Source: an uncultured delta proteobacterium | GTDB lineage: Bacteria; Desulfobacterota; Desulfobaccia; Desulfobaccales; 0-14-0-80-60-11 | Reading direction: 5' to 3' | DNA: 64,000 nucleotides | Assembly: GCA_963812015.1 (NCBI GenBank) | Contig: CAWETI010000002.1 | Coordinates: 1,600,001 to 1,664,000 of the forward strand | Part shown: in pieces, positions 60,146 through 64,000 of the stretch | How positions within the stretch are numbered: position 1 is the first letter of the stretch | Layout: the number at the start of each line of letters is the position of its first letter | The notes under the pieces: generated by a model | Databases searched by the model: none | What the model was told of the DNA's origin: nothing | The model's input: only the letters and a program-made list of their open reading frames with translations | Made by a program: the position numbers and the translations under genes

Positions 60146-60605
60146 GTTTCATCACCTCTCTTAAGCGTTGGGTAATAACTTTCTCCACCAAGTGGGGCAG
60201 GGGTTCGGGAACTAGCCCCACAATCTCCACCCGAGCCCGGGTTAAGGGCAGGAGAAGCTTAGGAGCCGGGGCCAACAAGATGGCCTCGGCTATGTGGGGT
60301 GTAACTTCCCCCATCATGGCGTGGGCTAAAACGATAGATAGGGTTCCCAGGATTGCGTGCGCTTGGGGGACTGTTTGGACAATGGCATTTTCGCCGCTAG
60401 CTCCCCGGTTGGCCCTGGCCTTCATCATTTGGGCTGTGGCCACGGCGTTGGTCCCCAGCGCGATAATTTCGTATTCTTCTCCGTACTCCTCCTTTAGACG
60501 TTTAATAAGAGCTACGCCGATGCCGCCCCTCTGGCCGTCAATGACACAAATGCGAGGTCTGTTCCCTTTAAAGGTAGACCTGATTTCTCCTTGGGCTCCT
60601 GTCAT
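60138..60605 (-). CDS. DUF3842 family protein
   Basis: VIDGQ.GGIG, ALGTNAVAT..MMKA.ANRGASGENAI, MMGEVT; AGGAG RBS; overlaps cooT. Confidence 0.85.
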   Translation of the reverse strand: MTGAQGEIRSTFKGNRPRICVIDGQRGGIGVALIKRLKEEYGEEYEIIALGTNAVATAQMMKARANRGASGENAIVQTVPQAHAILGTLSIVLAHAMMGEVTPHIAEAILLAPAPKLLLPLTRARVEIVGLVPEPLPHLVEKVITQRLREVMKHV

Positions 60606-60700
60606 GCGGTCTCCTGAACCAGACATCGGGGAATGTCGACCTCCCGTAAATCCCAGGAGGCGGTGACTGGACTAAGCAAAATTATTGATATGCGTCCACT

Positions 60701-61537
60701 TCAATCATTGCTCAGACGAAATGCCAGGGGGACTTCGATGGTCAACTTCTGGCGGTTGAGTTCGGCTGGGAAGGGAGGAAATTTCCCCACCCGGCGCAGG
60801 GTATTCTGGGCAGCCTCATCCAGAAGGTCCTGACCTGAGGAGCGGCTGATCCGCGCACCTTCGATTTGCCCCCCGGAGCCGATAGTAAACACTAGCGCTA
60901 CTACTCCTTGAATATTGCGGCGGCGGGCTATGAGGGGATAATCTTTCTGCTTTTCCAACAGCCGGCGAACCTCTTTGAGATAGCCTTGGAGCGCCGAACC
61001 GGCGCCTGAGCCCGGCCCCTGGCCTTGGCCAATACCACCGCCGGCCCCGTCCCCCCGTCCCCCGCCTTGGCCCCCCTCGCCGGTGCCCGAAAGGCCGCCC
61101 GGGCCACTGGTCCTGCTTCTGGTGATCGCGGTATCAGAGGGTTTAGCCCTGGTGATCGCGGGTGGCGGCGCCGGCGTAGGGATCACCGGTCCTGCGACGG
61201 GTTCCGGCGGCGGCGCCGGTTTGACCTTGGGCCGCGGTTTCGGCTTAACCTCAGGTTTGGACGGGGGGGAAACCGGCGGCGGTTTGGGGGTGGCGGGCTC
61301 AGGCCGGGTCACGGGGCCGGGCCGGCCGCCGCCACCCCCGGCGGGTCCCGATTTGAAGGGGACCAGGGCGATGGCTTCCACCGGCACCACCACCCGGGGT
61401 TTCGATGGTCTTTCGTGAAAAGCAAGGATCACCGCGACCACAATCAGGACATGAACGACCACGGAACCCACTATGCCCCAGGACCAGGCGCCTCGAGAAT
61501 TCCAGGGCTCGTCTAACCCTTGGTAACCGCTGGCCAT
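60701..61537 (-). CDS. tonB: Energy transducer TonB
   Basis: N-terminal TM with SxxxH, Pro/Gly-rich linker, YP..ARRRNIQG, SSG..LLDEAA. Confidence 0.9.
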   Translation of the reverse strand: MASGYQGLDEPWNSRGAWSWGIVGSVVVHVLIVVAVILAFHERPSKPRVVVPVEAIALVPFKSGPAGGGGGRPGPVTRPEPATPKPPPVSPPSKPEVKPKPRPKVKPAPPPEPVAGPVIPTPAPPPAITRAKPSDTAITRSRTSGPGGLSGTGEGGQGGGRGDGAGGGIGQGQGPGSGAGSALQGYLKEVRRLLEKQKDYPLIARRRNIQGVVALVFTIGSGGQIEGARISRSSGQDLLDEAAQNTLRRVGKFPPFPAELNRQKLTIEVPLAFRLSND

Positions 61538-61539
61538 GG

Positions 61540-61935
61540 CTATTTCTGGTCTACCTCGATGCCAATGCGCTGGACCTTCAGACCCCGGAGGCGGTCAATG
61601 ACTTCAATGAGCCGCCCGTGGCGGGTGTCCGTATCCGCGGCAATAATGGCTTGGGGCTCCTTCCCCTGGTGCTGGGCCGCAAACACCTTTTCAAAATCGT
61701 CATCTTTTGTCAGCTTTACCCCATTGACCGCGATATGACCTTCCCGGTCGATGCTGATGATAATGGGGACGCTTTCCAACTTGTCGGCCTGGGTGGCTTT
61801 GGGCAAGGCGATGGCGAAGGTCCGGGGCATCATTACCGTGGCCGCCAACAGAAACACGATGAGGATGACCAGAACGATATCCACGAAGGGGGTCATGTTA
61901 ATTTCGGTGATAGGCCCGTGAATGTTGCCTTTCAT
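61540..61935 (-). CDS. exbD: Biopolymer transport protein ExbD
   Basis: EINMTPFVDIVLVILIVF; IAAD. Confidence 0.92.
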   Translation of the reverse strand: MKGNIHGPITEINMTPFVDIVLVILIVFLLAATVMMPRTFAIALPKATQADKLESVPIIISIDREGHIAVNGVKLTKDDDFEKVFAAQHQGKEPQAIIAADTDTRHGRLIEVIDRLRGLKVQRIGIEVDQK

Positions 61936-62627
61936 ACCGTTCTCCCGGCTTGCCGGACGGAGGGGAAGAGGTCTTTATCGGGAGCGGCGATTTCCCCGGT
62001 CCCAGCCGCGTCATCCAGGTGGGCCAACAGCAGTTGCTCCAGAAACCGGCAGCGCTCCTGGACCACGTGCAGGCGGCGATGAAAAAAATTGAACATCATC
62101 ACCGCGGGAATAGCTACCAGCAACCCGATGGCGGTGGCCACCAGGGCCTCGCCGATACCAGCCATCACCGCGGGGCCGCCGCCCCCTTCGGTCAGGGCTA
62201 AATCTTTGAAGGCATGAATAATCCCCAGAACAGTGCCGAACAGGCCGATGAACGGCGCATTGGCTCCCAGGGTCCCCAGGAAACTCAAGCGCCGCCCCAG
62301 AAAGAGACCCACCCGGATCCGCTCACCCTCCATGATGTCCTGGACTGCACTCTTGCCCCGGGGAATTTCCCGGAGGCCGGCCACCAGCACCCGGGCTTCC
62401 ATGCCGGGTTCCGCCTCACACCGGGACATGACTTGGGGCCAGTCGCTTTGCCGCAGCAACGGTTCAATCTCAGCCACAAAAGATTCGAGATTGAACCGGT
62501 AACGATAGAAAGCCAAAGCCTTGTCGAAAATGATCGCCAGAGAAGCGACGCTCAACCCCAAGAGCAGCCACAGCACCCAGGCGCTACCGCCCAGGGCTAT
62601 ATTAAGCAGGGCCTTGGTTATGTCCAT
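61932..62627 (-). CDS. exbB: Biopolymer transport protein ExbB
   Basis: APFIGLFGTVLGII and GIGEALVATAIGLLVAIPA; GGAGG RBS before ATG 62627. Confidence 0.92.
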   Translation of the reverse strand: MDITKALLNIALGGSAWVLWLLLGLSVASLAIIFDKALAFYRYRFNLESFVAEIEPLLRQSDWPQVMSRCEAEPGMEARVLVAGLREIPRGKSAVQDIMEGERIRVGLFLGRRLSFLGTLGANAPFIGLFGTVLGIIHAFKDLALTEGGGGPAVMAGIGEALVATAIGLLVAIPAVMMFNFFHRRLHVVQERCRFLEQLLLAHLDDAAGTGEIAAPDKDLFPSVRQAGRTV

Positions 62628-62638
62628 GCATCCTCCCG

Positions 62639-62789
62639 AAAAAAAACAAGCCATGCTGCTGCGATCCTTCCGGACCGCGGTTGCCTTCATGGCTTGGATT
62701 CACTCTATTGAGTTGCTTAGTTCGATCTTCAGGGAGTTCAATCTCCCTGGATAGCAAAAATTATAGTTCTCCTCTGCATCGGATGTCAA
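62639..62789 (-). promoter_or_regulatory. Leader C: promoter + tandem A(U)UGAA-loop hairpins + intrinsic terminator (candidate attenuator)
   Basis: TTGACA-18-TATAAT; CAGGGAG-ATTGAA-CTCCCTG (62749-730); GCC-ATGAA-GGC (62693-683); perfect 9-bp CAAGCCATG/CATGGCTTG stem then T8. Confidence 0.8.
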
Positions 62790-62860
62790 CCAGAATCGTT
62801 TTGCAGGCTCACCCGGTGGAAACGATGGCTTGCTTGGTTTCCTTCCCGTTAAATTATTGT

Positions 62861-63006
62861 TTGACAACATCTCCGTACGACGCTATATAAATGGGAAATT
62901 ATCGGGGGGCATGAAGCCTGCCCGCATAGAAGAGCTCGCAAACAGGTTTTAATTGGCCACGAAGGTCAGGCGGCAGAACGCCGCGTGATTTTCGTGGCTT
63001 TTTTTT
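62861..63006 (+). promoter_or_regulatory. Leader B: promoter + tandem AYGAA-loop hairpins + intrinsic terminator (candidate attenuator)
   Basis: TTGACA-17-TATATA; GGGC-ATGAA-GCCT (62907-919); GGCC-ACGAA-GGTC (62955-967); GCCACGAA/TTCGTGGC stem then T8. Confidence 0.8.
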
Positions 63007-63047
63007 CTGGTGTGGCCTGAGTTCCAAGAGCCTGCGGAGAGGGATTT

Positions 63048-64000
63048 ATGGCAAGGGCAGCAATTCTTATTTGTACTTGCATGATTTGGACAGCCCTTAG
63101 CGCCTGGGGGTGCTGGGCAATTGGAACCGCTTGCGCCGAGGACGCGTCGGGGGGAACTGTCCCCACGGTGACCTCTTCTCCCGAGACGGGCAAGACCCCA
63201 AAGGACACGGCCCAATTGCCCGAGATAGTGGTGCAGGAGCGCAGCGACAGTATGCTCGGCATTGCTGATACCTCGACGCAGGGAACGATTGGCGCCAAAG
63301 AACTGATGGATCGCCCCATCTCGCGTCCCGGAGAGGTGCTCGAGGCCATGCCCGGAGTCATCGTCACCCAGCATAGCGGTGACGGCAAGGCAAACCAGTA
63401 CTTCCTGCGGGGCTTTAACCTCGATCACGGCACCGATCTGGCTACCTTTGTCAACGGGATTCCCATCAACCTGCCGTCGAACGCCCATGGGGAAGGGTAC
63501 ACGGATCTTAATTTTCTCATTCCTGAACTGATCCAGAGAATAGACTACCAGAAAGGACCCTACTTCGCAAACGTGGGTAACTTCGGCTCCGCGGGCTCTG
63601 AAGACATTGTGTACTTTCAGAAGCTTCCCGCCGGGATTGCAAAAGTCGAATACGGAAGCTGGAACTATGAGCGCGCGTTGCTGGCCGACTCGGTGAAGCT
63701 CGGGCCGGGCAACTTCCTCTTCGCCCTTGAAACACAGCACACCGACGGGCCATGGTCAACCCCCGAAAATTACATAAAGTTCAATGGATTGCTGACCTAT
63801 AGCCAAGGGGACAAGAGCAAAGGCTTCAGCGTGACAGCCATGGGCTATCACGCCCCCACGTGGAATGCGACCAACCAGATCCCTGCGCGCGCAGTCGCGG
63901 AAGGGCTCATCTCGCGTTTCGGAAACCTCTCCCCCTCGGACGGCGGTTATACGGACCGCTATACCCTGCAGGGTGAATGGCACCAGGCCGATAAGGACTC
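63048..64000 (+). CDS. TonB-dependent receptor, predicted Ni/Co-type family (partial; runs off the window and is absent from the ORF track)
   Basis: Manual translation: MARAAILIC signal, LPEIVV TonB box, RPGEVLEAMPG, TQHSGDGKANQYFLRGFNLDHGTD, NAHGEGYTDLNFLIPEL, KGPY. Confidence 0.88.
   Translation, partial: MARAAILICTCMIWTALSAWGCWAIGTACAEDASGGTVPTVTSSPETGKTPKDTAQLPEIVVQERSDSMLGIADTSTQGTIGAKELMDRPISRPGEVLEAMPGVIVTQHSGDGKANQYFLRGFNLDHGTDLATFVNGIPINLPSNAHGEGYTDLNFLIPELIQRIDYQKGPYFANVGNFGSAGSEDIVYFQKLPAGIAKVEYGSWNYERALLADSVKLGPGNFLFALETQHTDGPWSTPENYIKFNGLLTYSQGDKSKGFSVTAMGYHAPTWNATNQIPARAVAEGLISRFGNLSPSDGGYTDRYTLQGEWHQADKD

Noticed and set aside
62628..62690. N-terminal extension of exbB, or a leader peptide starting at the ATGAAG loops
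   Set aside because: The RBS sits before ATG 62627; loop ATGs lack an RBS and two loops read ACG, so the conservation is not for translation
62949..63983. Minus-strand ORFs at the window end
   Set aside because: Antisense to the TonB-dependent receptor starting at 63048

Overview
Bacterial window, mostly GC-rich with AT-richer accessory patches; gene content suggests an anaerobic Desulfobacterota-like host (inference). (1) 1-7.5 kb housekeeping: paaK-like CoA ligase, two tRNA-Ser genes, MFS transporter, Pat-type acyl-CoA ligase/GNAT. (2) 7.9-8.7 kb: IS3 remnant and a tRNA-Leu 3'-end att site marking the left edge of an integrated element. (3) 8.8-15.8 kb: capsid-less phage/satellite-like module (FseA-like activator, XRE, Xis-like HTH, initiator with internal iterons, DnaB, PC4-like, DUF5131, TerS-like). 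(4) 16.4-25.5 kb defence-type cargo: FokI-like nuclease, single-chain RM enzyme plus an orphan specificity fragment, and an unrecognised small-ORF / ferredoxin-repeat-HExxH / HD-phosphohydrolase module. (5) 26-64 kb metal and cofactor acquisition: Zur-like regulator with Zn ABC genes, peptidases, uppP, a cobalamin-riboswitch BtuB/BtuF-CbiZ/BtuFCD operon, a TonB-receptor/ABC/CobN/ChlID operon, exbBD-tonB-DUF3842-cooT, and a Ni/Co-type TonB receptor running off the end. The most notable signal is three leader RNAs, each with a near-consensus sigma70 promoter, two hairpins carrying an A(U)YGAA loop about 48-51 nt apart, and the second hairpin overlapping an intrinsic terminator. This is a candidate protein-dependent, possibly nickel-responsive, antitermination regulon. 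All family calls are by motif recognition only; no searches were run.
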